From assembly GCF_009914755.1 (NCBI RefSeq), contig NC_060934.1: a stretch of DNA of 64,000 nucleotides, one strand, 5' to 3'. The notes under the pieces were generated by a model. That model made no database searches and was not told the DNA's origin. It worked only from the letters and a program-made list of their open reading frames with translations. This document shows positions 37,747 to 52,420 of the stretch, piece by piece. The first letter of the stretch is position 1. Every line of letters begins with the position of its first letter. The translations under genes and the position numbers were made by a program. The stretch is from the human T2T-CHM13v2.0 reference genome, Homo sapiens.

Positions 37747-40700
37747 TCTACTTAATGAATCCTTCATAAAACCCCAAAAGGGACAGGTCCATAGAGCTTC
37801 TGGATAGCTGAACACATGGAGGTATCTAGAGGGTGGCATTCCCAAGGAGGCCAAATAAGCCCCACACCCTTTCTCCCATACCTTGCCCTACACATCTCTT
37901 CCATCTGTCTGTCCATCTGTATCTTCTCTAACAGTCTTTTTAAGAAATGAGTAACAATAAATAAAATGTTTCCCTGAACTCAAGCAAATTAATCAAACCC
38001 AAAGAGAGGGTCATGGGAACCTTGACTTACAGCTGGTCAGTTAGAGGTATAGGTCACAACCTGGGACTTTTCGTTGGCATCCGATGTGGGGGCAGTCTTG
38101 TAACACTAAACCCTCAACCTGTGGGATCTTCAGAGCTCTCTGTTGACAAGCTCAGGAAATGTGCCCACAACTCAATCTGAGTCACTGCTATCACATGTTG
38201 GAAAATCAGCATGGATTCTGTCAAAAACTCAGGCTTGCACTTCTTATGTGCGGACATGCACTCATTACTTTATTAATTCATTTAAACATCTATGTTTTAT
38301 AATAGCCAGAACATTTAAGCTATATAGCTTATGATGGCACACTATTTATTTTACATTTATTGGTTAAACAATTATTCTAGACTAACAATTTTTGAAAAGG
38401 TTTATTTTACTTAAGAAATTCTAAGTGATATCTAAATATCTGATCATTATAGGATATTTCAAGACAATCCATGTGTTACAGTATATTTGTCTATGAGGTA
38501 TAAGCTCTTTTAAAACTTAGTTCTCTCTCAATTATCTCAGATTTTAAAATAAATGATTTTTCTTTTCAAAGAAACTCATGCTTCGGATTTATTCCAAAAA
38601 TATTTTAAGCTTCAATCTCTCTCCCTCTCTCTCTCTTCCCCCACTTGTCTTTCCTTAAATAAGAAAGGATTAAGGCATTAATTAAAATATGAAAGTCTAT
38701 AGAAGACTTGCCCACCTAACAATACAAAATGTCTAATCATGAAAAGGAATATTTTGCTTACAGAATGACTAATTACAAACTAAATATTAATGCAAGCATA
38801 TTCTTTTTAAGTGTATTGTAAGGTTTGTTTAAAATTCCCTTAAATTGAATAATTTTTATACTAACTGAAGTTCATGTACTTCAGTTACATCAAGTTCATG
38901 TAACTGAACTTCAAGAATAAAATATTGTGTGAACTCTAAAACCTAAAGTGTGGAACTGTATTTTACTTTGAATCATAGTCCTATCTCTACCTCGTTCTAT
39001 GGGAGAGAGATTTTATAACATATTAGATAACCTCCATGCATGTAAATGTAGTTCAGTTTGATGACATTTCTCTTAGGGAAAATTTAAAAATAGTACAATT
39101 AGTTAAACCTTACCTTTTAGGGCAAGAAAAAGGGATAGAGTTCTTAATTCTATAGAAAGCCAGAGGGATATAGATCATATAAGTACAAGTTGGCTATTAT
39201 TTCTTTTTCTTTTCTGCTTTCTGAAAGTGAAATAAAGCTGTATCGATGAAACAAAGGAGAAGTCACATGTTGCATAAATCTCTTTTACATTTTATTCTGG
39301 TTGGAAAACCAACTATCAGTTACTTGGCTTTCTACAATCATCTACATTTTTAATTTACTTTTAATATCCTTGAGCTTATTCCATAAGAAACACAAAACTA
39401 AACCAAATAACCTAAACAAATTAAATGTCTATTCTTTGACATGCAAAATGGATTGAGGTCTTCGGTTTTATTATTATTTAAAATGTCAGCAATGTTTTGC
39501 CTGCTGGGAGCATGCATTTTCTATTTTTCAATCTTTCTCAAAACAACTTATTGCATGTTTCATGAATCATGATGGCCAGGGATCTTAGTTGATGTTTTTC
39601 AAAATTAAAAAATAAACAAACGTGGTGCTCATGGTGGCATTTTCTTAAGTGGCTGTGGCACATGTAGTGTTGTCCAGTGTTTCTAGAAAACAATGCAATG
39701 AAAGAAACATTCTTGTAATAATTATTCTATTGTGTGTGACCTTCAGATGCAGAAATAATAGGAATTCATTGAGGGAGCAATCTGAGTTCCCTAACAGATT
39801 AATTATCCATTAAATCTGGAAACATAAATAATGATATGGTTATTATTAATTTCAACATGGAAAATGTATCTGATAACATAATGTAGATATGCCTAATTTC
39901 GATCCTTGGGGATACCTGTATACTCAGTTCATGGGCTGTCCTTTCATTTTCTGTGGCATCATCTATGACTTATTTATTATTATTTTTCTTTCTCTCTCTC
40001 CCCTCCCATGAACTCCATTTTGAGAGTTAGCATCATATTACCATCATCATGGAGATAGATATAATATCGGGAAGCTTTTCCAAACTAAGTGGGCTGCAGA
40101 AATCATCATGGTGGACGGAACACAGCCTAGCCCACCCACAAAAGGCTTTGTAATCCCTGACCCTCTCAGCTACTGAGCAGCATGTACTAGTGGCTTAATA
40201 GCATCTACTTTTCTGCATACAGATTCCAGCTCCCAGTGGACGTTCAGCCCCTAATAGAAGTAGATAACTAATGTGAAGTGGTTCATTAACACTGTATTTA
40301 CTATGATTTCTGGCAACCCAAATGGCTTTGGCTCTAATAATAGTATAATACTGCCTCGTTCCACTGGGTTTCAATGGGTTCTCTTCCAACCCATTTTCAA
40401 TTTAGTTGTTCTGATTATTTATTTCAGAGTAAGGCAAAATCTACAAAAAACATCAGTAATTGTTTTTCCAAATTACAACTTTGTAAGATTGCCTCCCAGA
40501 AGACATAGGGAGGACAGGGTGCAATCTCTATGTAAAAAGAAAAATATGGATGGGAAAAGGTAAAAATTCAGTATGACTTATCACATACTAAAATCAAAAC
40601 AATGTTTCTGAGAAAGTAATGCTATGTTAGGAAATAAACTGGAAAGATTTTGGGGGCATAGTCTTGCATACACTTCAGCCTTGGGATCCAAATGTCAAAA

Positions 40701-40857
40701 TTATATCCATATCTATATCTATGTCTATATCCGTATCTGTAACATCTATGTTTTTACTCTGCAGTCTTAATTCCTTTCCAGGCTGCACATAGAGGGCACT
40801 CAGACTTTTTTTTTTTTTTTTTTAACCTGGGAAATCTAATATTTTATTTCTGGATGA

Positions 40858-41183
<326 letters not shown>

Positions 41184-41289
41184 GATTATTGTTTTTAACA
41201 ATGGAATAATCATAATACAGATAATCATTTTAGATCACAATTCCATTTTCCAAGCCGTAAACCTAGACTGTAGATAGAGACTGTTGACA

Positions 41290-42000
<711 letters not shown>

Positions 42001-42411
42001 CTGAATGTTTGTGCTCCTCTGTGCAGGTCTCTCCTCTCCTGTATTCTGCCCTGGGAACTCTAGCTGCCTTTGCTTCCACTGACTCTCAGCTCTGCTCAAC
42101 TTTAGGAGACTGCCAGCCTCTACTGGGTGGGGACCTTGCCATACCATGACTTAGATATGCTCTCCCAGCAGTAAACTGTTAATCATAGAGTTCATTGTGT
42201 GCATTCTTATTTTCAGGGGTCATTGTCTTCTGACGCCTGATGTCCAATGTCTTGAAAACTGTTGTTTCATGTATTTTATTTTTTAAGTTGTTTTGTGCAG
42301 GGAGGCAAATATAGCTCTACTTTCTCCTTTGCTGCAACTGAAATCTCCTATTTATTTCTAAATTTATTTTAGTGATTCATTTGCTCAACAAATCTATACT
42401 GAATGGTGGAG

Positions 42412-42437
42412 ACTCTCTCTCTCTCTTTCTCACATGC

Positions 42438-42471
<34 letters not shown>
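42412..42471. repeat. (CT)n(CA)n compound microsatellite
   Basis: Visible directly. Confidence 0.9.
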
Positions 42472-42477
42472 CCCACA

Positions 42478-42833
42478 TGTTTGTCACCCCCCAAAATTTA
42501 TAAATTTACTTCTTGAAAGCAAATTCCCCAATGTGATGGTATTTGGAGATGGGGATTTTTGAAGGTGATCAGATCATGAGGATGGATCTCTTATGAATGA
42601 GATCCATGCCCTTATATAAGGTGCTTCAGAGAGCTCTTTCCCCCTTCTGCAGTGTGAAGACACAGTGAAGAGAAGGCTGTGAACCAGGAGTGGGTCCCCA
42701 GTAGACACAATATCTGCTAGCACTTGTATCTTGGACTTCCCAGACTTCAGAACTATAAAAAAATAATTTTGTTGTTTTATAATCTTTCCAGTATATGGTA
42801 TTTTTATTATAGTAGCCCAAATGGACTAAGACA
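42478..42833 (+). mobile_element. MLT1A/MLT1A0 MaLR LTR
   Basis: ccccaatgtgatggtatttggagatggg...atcttggacttccca...gcccaaatggactaagaca. Confidence 0.88.
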
Positions 42834-42861
42834 TGTATATATTCTCTCTCATAAAGATATG

Positions 42862-42915
42862 AAAGAGATAAGAGAGAGACAGAGACAGACAGATGGGGGA
42901 GGGCAGAGGGAGAGA

Positions 42916-42959
<44 letters not shown>
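42862..42959. repeat. (GA)n microsatellite / GA-rich tract
   Basis: Visible directly. Confidence 0.95.
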
Positions 42960-42963
<4 letters not shown>

Positions 42964-43250
42964 TCACACACTAAGCTAGTCCCCAAGAATAAAGAAAAAC
43001 TGAAATATAGGCCCTGGCATTGTAAGCTTATAGCTCTGTGGAAAATTAAAAAAAAAGAATTAGAAAATAGTGTAATATAGGGTAAAAAAATAAACAACTA
43101 AGTAAAAATCATTGTTTTGTAAGGAGAGTATGATAGGAGATGATGTTTGAGCCTCCTTTGGGGTCTAGGGAAAGAAATGTGAGTGACGGATTCTAAGAGG
43201 AAACTGTGCTCGTGTGCATAGTTGCAGAATCATTTGAAAGCGTGACACTT

Positions 43251-43441
43251 TAAAAAAAATTAAGTCCCTTCTTTGTAAATTTAGACACGGGTCCTGCTAT
43301 GTTGCCCAGGCTGGAATGCAGTGGCTATTCATAGGCACAATCATAGCACACTGTAGCCTCGAACTCCTAGCCTCAAGTATTTCTCCTGCCTTAGACTCCT
43401 GAGCAGCTGGGACTACAGGCACATGGCACTACACCCAGCTT
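43251..43441 (-). mobile_element. FAM-like fossil Alu monomer inside L2-like remnants
   Basis: Retains the 7SL-like segment gcagtggctattcataggcacaatcatagcacac; degenerate TSD gaaagcgtgacacttt / ggaagcatggcacttt. Confidence 0.8.
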
Positions 43442-46400
43442 GGAAGCATGGCACTTTAAATGGACATGGAATCAAAGAATATACTTGGGGGAAATTAGCA
43501 TATAATGCCAGAAAGCTGACAGATCATGAAGAACCTGGTATGAATCCTAAGGCGTCTGAGCTTCATACTCTGAGATTTAGGAAGCCATCATGGGATTTTA
43601 AACAGGGAAGAAACAATTGATTTGCATTTTAGTAAAATCATACTGATAATGCAGAGATATGGATAATAAGAAACTAGACTGAAGTCAATAGGTTTGTGGT
43701 TCTTGTAGTAATTCAGTTGGGAAAAAATACATTGGTAACTTCTGTGGTTAATAAAGAGTTGACAGCTTGAGAAAAAATGTCTAATGCAAATTCAACATCT
43801 ATTGGTGACAATTAGATGTGAGATTTGAGAAAAAAAATTAAAGGAATTTCTGTGCTTGGATACTAAAGATAGTGATGCCATATACGGGGATGATGAATAC
43901 TGAATGAGATTGTGGAAGGAGAAGAGAAGTTCTGGATAGAATGTGTTGATTTATGGAGCTAATGGATTTTCTGCTGAAGATGAACAGGAGATTGTTAGAA
44001 AGACCAAGTAGAGATACTCTTTTAAAACCCAAGCCAGTCATTTTTTCACAAGTAGTAGTGGTATATGTTTCACAGCAGAGATGAGGCAAAAGATGGTTCT
44101 GGAGACATGAAATCGGGAAGGGTTACAGGAGAGTAAATTAGAAAGAACAGGGACATGGTGCAGGGAAGAGAGGGGAGAGATGACACACAAATTTAAAAAG
44201 TTCATTTTTCACAAACCTTGTGCTTGGTTTTGAAGGCTATGAAATCAGTTCAAGTTCCTTGTTCTCAATAGGATATCTCTGCTAATTTTTATGGAAACTT
44301 GGATTCATATTAATGGGGTTTTACAGAAGAGTGCAATGGGTTTGGGGTAGCTGTTTTAATGCCACAAGGGGCAGGCATCTCCAGTGCTGTTGTTTATAAT
44401 GGCTCCGTATGGCCACCAATGAGCAGCATGGTGGATATGGATGAGAACCTCTATCATAAAGGTTTTCACCAAGCTCCTATAGCTCAGTGGTTAACTTTAA
44501 AGCCCCATCACCACTCAAATCAGCTGTCATTGTATATATCACTATCCATGTCACCCTTCCACCTTGAATTTTTTCGGGACTAAGCTGTTTGGAACCAGGC
44601 CAGCAAGCAATGCCAGAACACAGAACTCTCGAGGAGAACCAAGCACATTCTCCCAGAAAACTCGCAGCTCATGAAGTCAAGGGGAATGATGGAAGAAAGG
44701 CACAATCATTATAAATGGTGAGTAGAGTGAAGAGAGGCAGATTTCTTGCCTCAGAGCCACAGCGGGGACATCAGTCATCTTGTAGCTTTCCCCAAAAGCT
44801 TGGCCAGCAACAATGACACCTGTACTTAACCACCAAGATGATATATGATCTAATTTCAACCTTAAAATAGGGGCTTGCTCCAGAGTAAACAAGTCACAAC
44901 TGTTATATCCACCATCTTTGCCCTTCTTGGTTGTTTGGTAAGCTGGAAATGGGGGGTGGGGGGGCTAGAATGGCTATTGCTTATTAATATGCAGTAGTAA
45001 AAAGCTTAAATGATAGAAAGAAAACAATCAAACCTCTGCTTTGATTCCTTCCTTTCTTCCTCCTGCCTTTGTTTTTCCCTCTCTTTCCCCCTTTTCCCCC
45101 ACCTCTCTCTCTTTTATTCTTTTTTCCCCTCTTTCCTTCTTTTTGGTTTAAATAAAAATCGCATCCCAGATGGGATTGAAATAAAGTTCTCCATGCTTGT
45201 AAGTGGCAGAATACAATTTCTGTTCTTAATTTCCTTGTAGAGAATTTAATGAGAAAAATTTGGGAACTCTGTAATTCCCAGTAGTACAATGTACTATGCT
45301 TACAAGTCTCACTCCATCTAGAAGCAAAGAGCTGCTGTGTGAGCAAAAAGAATGGGAACACTTTACAGGTATCCTGATGTCTGCATGACAAAGAACTAGA
45401 ACAAGAGACAAAATGAGAAATGTAGCAATAGACAGGCTTGTTCAATATAAAATTAAAAGGTAAGGGCAGCTGATTCTGAGCAAGTGCTTTGAACCAACCA
45501 GGAATCATGCCTCAAAGTCAGTTAAATCCACAAGCTCCCAAACAGCACTTCTGACCACAAATTAAGGACAGTCACGTAAGTATAATATAGAAAGAACAGA
45601 TGAGCACCCACTAGTCTCCTTAACAACACAAAGATTGGTGACAAATGCATCATAAATATACATCATAAATAGAGATTATTAACTATCTCAGATCTGAAGC
45701 AGTAAAAAAAAAAAAATCACCAAATTCATTATTCATCTGTCTGTCCATCAAGGGCAATATTTTGTTTGCAATGTGATGGTCTAGCTTAATTAAGGCATTA
45801 GTGTCCATTAAAATGTGTTTTTGTTTTCACATTTTTGTTTTAACTTCATGTATTTTATCACTTCAAATCAAGACTTCCCTCAAGTTCTGTTTTTACAATT
45901 AACTATTAATTTTGAGCATGTGAAAAATAAATTTTTCACAGGAGAAGAAAGTAGACCCCTGCTTTGTTAATTTGCTGAATGTCCCTCTTTCCCTTTAATT
46001 CATCGATTTACTGAATGTTCTTCTTAACTCAAGGTACTTGACAGAGTTTCATCTGAAGCTTCACTATTTTGTGACTTCAGAATATGCATGATCTGGGTTA
46101 TCTATCACTGAATAAAAGTTGTTGAGGGTTATTCAAATTGTCCATTTAAGAGTGCAAAAGAAAGGTATATCTAATGGAAAATCACTTGCTTGTCTTCCAT
46201 GCTTTTATTAAGCAAACGCACAACTAGCTTCTTTAGTACTCCAGGCAATTTATATTCTCAAGCGCTATTTGTTGCCTGTTTAAAATATGTCTTCATAATA
46301 AAGAATTCAATGGAATCATTGGCTGGTTTTCCTGGATACTTAATCAGTGCACTTATCTCATATACAGTCATTATTTCCTCAGCTTGCTTTTTAGAAATAC

Positions 46401-47489
46401 AATGTAAGGGAAAAAGACACAAGAAAATCTCTAGTTGAGTGTTACTAGTAGGAAAAATGCAGAGGGTCATTACAATCTTGATAAATAAAAGGCCCTTAGG
46501 AATGAGGCCCCCGTAAACTGCCCATTCCCCAGGCTTTCTCCTGCCATTGGTTGGCATGTCTTCCATGGGTCAAGTGTTTTATTTGCCTTCATTCCATTGG
46601 AAGACTTTTATCTAAGTGTAGTAGTGATGACTGAATTCTGGCTCTTGTGCATGACAAAGGAGCCAATGTCATCAGACCATGAGGCTGTTCTGAGGTTAAC
46701 TTCTATGGTCAGTCTTGAGGACCCTATGTCCCCTCTGTCATGAGTCTACCACCAACAGGACTCTCATTGATTTTTCACAAAAATATAATATTTAAATATA
46801 CCTGGATGACAGAAATACTGGAAAGATGTAGTCTATCTCTTTTCTATCTATAGAAAATTTCAATATACTATACAAAGCATGTGTGTTTATATTTATATTT
46901 ATATAAATATAAATTTTTATATTTCATTCTTATTTCATAAGTGAGATGTTCGAAAAAGCAAAAGATTAAAAAGAACTTGTAGATGGACATTTACCTTTGT
47001 TCATTTCTCCCCCCTTTGTCTGGGCAGCATGACATTTATTAAACTAGAGTTCTAAGTTGTAAGTCAGCTTCCCTGCTTTCATCCTCTTTGTGAATGTTTC
47101 AGAATTTAGACTTCTACTTAATGTAGTAGGATGGATAGCATTATCACTTGATAGACAGCAACCTAGGCTCTCCTACTATTGGCATTTTTTATATTCCTTC
47201 TAATTTTCTGCTATATGTGAAGTTCCCTTTACTGCTTATATTCTTATAATGTGCTCATTTTTCAAATATTCTTATTCTAAGATCATATTTTCAGGGTAAC
47301 AGCATTTACCCAGAGGAGTTATTTGAAGAGTGAACAGAGTTGTGTTTCAAATGCAGCCTTCTCAAGTTAGTTCCCTTCAACTTTGCTTTCTGTCATGTAG
47401 GACCTGAGTTTAACATGGCTGGAGAAAGAACTCAGATACAGCAGACTAGAGTTTACAGTTATAAATGAAGGGGATAGTTATAAATGAAG

Positions 47490-47582
47490 GAGAGAGAGAC
47501 AGAGAGATAGAGAAAGTGAGAGAGGGAGAGAAAGAGAGAGAGAGTGGGAGAGAGAGACAGAGAGAAGAGAAGATGAGAGAGG
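47490..47582. repeat. GA-rich tract
   Basis: Visible directly. Confidence 0.9.
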
Positions 47583-47714
47583 CTCAGCTAGTGAAATGGA
47601 ATGCTTTTAGACACTCTTAAGACTCTCATTTCACCAAGCCTCTGTTTCATTTTTTTCACAACTCTCCAGTTAAGAAAGCAAGATGAATATCTAAAAATTA
47701 ATCCAAGCACATAT

Positions 47715-48740
<1,026 letters not shown>

Positions 48741-49178
48741 ATATCACACATGATTTACCTAATATTTAAGTGTGGAAACACTGGGCAAAAAGACAATGAA
48801 ATGCATCAGTAGAGAAACTCTAAAGATAAATGAAGGAAAACAGTAACAGCAACAACAACACATAATTTTAGACAACCTGTGCTAGACTATGATCCTTGGA
48901 GGACATGAGGAATCACTGGAAGAAATGGTTTTAAAAGATGTAAGACAGAAAAAAATGTCCAGAGAGAAGGCTTTCATGAATAATAGGGCCATTATCCATA
49001 GGCAAATCTTACTTTAATAGTGAGCTATTAGGAGTGTTTATATTTTCATAAGATTTGTATTTTACATTTTTTTAATCCTTTGCCAATAATGAGATGATAA
49101 ATAAGAAATTAGGGAGACAGAGAAATACGAGAAAGACACAATAGGCAACGAAGAGGGAAGAAGCTAGGCAGAGACATA

Positions 49179-49528
49179 CAGAAGCCCTCTGTTATCTACT
49201 AGGATATGTTCCATGACTCCAGTGGATGCCTGAGATCGCAGATAGTCCTGAACTCCACATGTATTATGTTTATACGATGTGATAAATAAGAGGGCTCCGA
49301 AGTGACTAATGAGCAGGTATGGTATACAGCATGGATACACTGGACAAAGGTACGATTCACATCCTGGGTGGGCCAGAGCAGGACAGTGTGAGATTTCATC
49401 ATGCTACTGGGAACAATTTAAAAGTTCTGTATTATTTCTGGAATTTTCCACTTAATATTTTTGGATTATGGTTGACCTTGGGTAACTGAAATCCCATTAA
49501 GCAAAACTGGTGATAAAGGAGACTGTTG
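49179..49528 (-). mobile_element. MER44A-like (Tigger7) MITE
   Basis: TA TSDs; degenerate terminal inverted repeats; ggatacactggacaaagg...atttctggaattttccacttaatattttt. Confidence 0.85.
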
Positions 49529-49537
49529 TATACATAT

Positions 49538-50403
<866 letters not shown>

Positions 50404-51745
50404 TATATAATAAAGATAATCCCATCTGCCTTTTTCTTCCTATTTTCATCTTGATGCAACAGAGAATGAATAGACTTTGAATAAATATGGAACTGGCCTC
50501 TGCTTTGTAACATACCGGCTGTATCCTTAGACACCATCGTTGAGCCTTTCTCTCTTAATTTATAAAACAAACTATCATGCATGGTTATTATGAGAATACA
50601 TGCAAAATTTCTGGTGCAAAAAACCAGTAAACAGTCCCTGACTGCATTTTTAATCAACAAATATGTTGTGTGCCCTAAGGCACATGTTCTAAATGCAACT
50701 CTTAAGTACCTTTCAGTTGTTGTATCAGTGAGGAATATGCTGACAACGGAGACTTACTTTTTGAAAAACAAAAAAAAATGTAGCTTTCTCATGGGCAACT
50801 GCCTTTCTGGAATTAGAAGAGGTTCAGTGTTAAGATGGACTACTTGGAGTGGATATTGTATTATCATCTTCATGTCACATAGAAGTCACACATTTGTGAT
50901 CAAAAACACACTTATTCCAAATAAAATTGGCTTTCTATCTGGTATTTTCCCTGTCCTGCATTTTATTTTGTCAGAAATGATGGAATTGTACACACACACA
51001 CACATACATGTGTGTGCATATCTATATCTACATATTATGAAAACCAAAGTAAATAAGTTGGTTATGAAAGTGGTTCCTAAGCTAGCATGCTGATTTTGTA
51101 TAAGTGACTATATCCATATCTGACAGATGTAATGCAGCAGTCCAGTTTTACTCAATGTGAAAGGCAGAGACAGTTAAACTCTAACATGATCTCTATGTAG
51201 CTTTATATTTTTGTTTATAGCAGGTTATTTTCCTAGGTGAATTTTATTCTAGCAGTGTAAAAATGGACAAATATATCATAATATAGTTGTTCACCTATAT
51301 GAAGCCTTAATTCTATTACTGAGTATGTACTCAGGGGCAACCTGTCTTTGGGAACATGGCAGGTTCTGTCTCTTTCTGTCAGGAGAGGTTTGAAACATTG
51401 ACTGGAAGTTACCTAGAAGCCCTGGAAATAGTGGTGCTGTGTAACTGTCCCTGGCTGTAACACAGAAGTGTTAGAATGATATGGTAGATATTGCCCTTAG
51501 TGAATTACTCCTACAACTTTTCAAGGTATTTAACTAACATAGTTACCAAGTGACAGATCAAATATCCCCCTGGTAGAGAAGTAAAGTTAGATAGCTTACC
51601 TATCAATAGTAATGGGCTTATATTTTTTTTAATGAGCCGATTTTTTCCTTCACAATGGCAGAGCTAAACTCCTTTATTAAACATTAAGTTTGCAAGAGCC
51701 CACCCAAGGCTTCCTACAAAACTTGATCATTCTTGGCACTTTATG

Positions 51746-51901
51746 ACTTCTTTCCTTCTTCTCCTTCTGCTTCTTCTTCCCCTTCCTCTTGTTCTTCTTC
51801 ATCTCCTCCCCCTCCCCCTCCCTCTCCCTCCTCTTCTTCTTCCTCCTCTTCCTCTTCCTCTTCCTGCTCCTCTTCCCTCTAAAGCCTCTTTCTTCTTCTC
51901 T
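51746..51901. repeat. Polypyrimidine (CTT/CCT)n low-complexity tract
   Basis: Visible directly. Confidence 0.92.
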
Positions 51902-51924
51902 ACCATATTGATAAAAAATGTGTT

Positions 51925-52140
51925 TACCATGCAACAGATACACTATATACTAGGCTAAGTAGTTTACTGGCATTATCTCATTTCCTTCTCAGGAAAAATG
52001 TCTATGAAGTAGGCAATCTCACTGTAGCCATTATACAAATGAAATAGAGTGAGTTCTGCAACTTGCAGAAAGCTACAAAGTTTCTAAGTGCCAGAAATGG
52101 GAATGTCTAAATCTAAAGACAGGGGCTTTAACCACTGTTT
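51925..52140 (-). mobile_element. MIR SINE
   Basis: cattatctcatttcc...ctatgaagtaggc...ccattatacaaatga...ctttaaccactg. Confidence 0.6.
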
Positions 52141-52234
52141 CATAACACTTCTCATCTGAATGTGTCAATGCAGATGTCTTGGTACAAGCTGATGTGATTA
52201 ATTAACTTCTTGTTTCATCCTTGAATATAATAGC

Positions 52235-52420
52235 AAAAATTAGTTACATGGTGGTGCGTGCCTGTGGTCCCAGCACTCAAGAGGCTGAGGTGGGAGGGAT
52301 CCCTGGAGCCCAGGAGGCAGAGGTTGCAGGGGGCTGACATTGCAGCTCACTGCACTCCAGCCTGGGTGACAGAGTGACATCCCATCTCAAAACAACAGAG
52401 AAAAAAAGGAAAAGAATAAC
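52235..52420 (+). mobile_element. Old Alu right arm (AluJ/FRAM)
   Basis: aaaaattag...gcctgtggtcccagc...cactgcactccagcctgggtgacagag. Confidence 0.88.

Larger units (their letters stand above)
35835..38130 (+). mobile_element. MER21-family LTR split by two younger LTRs
   Basis: tttttgtatgctaatgagatgactg...ccaatggccaatgatttaatc...gagcttctggatagctgaacacatggagg...ccctcaacctgtgggatct. Confidence 0.85.

Noticed and set aside
44361-44375. CTCF-like GCCACAAGGGGCAG
   Set aside because: One base short in the G-run relative to the core motif; too weak without data
44984-45508. 174-aa minus-strand ORF
   Set aside because: Stop-poor because of a CT-rich low-complexity tract; no recognisable domain or exon structure
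45649-45672. Tiny tandem duplications (also 47457-47490, 58130-58169, 34381-34444)
   Set aside because: Ordinary slippage-scale events
50581-51093. 170-aa plus-strand ORF in unique DNA
   Set aside because: Composition looks like random AT-rich translation and crosses an A-run and a CA repeat; no recognisable family. PhyloCSF or Ribo-seq would be needed to revive it
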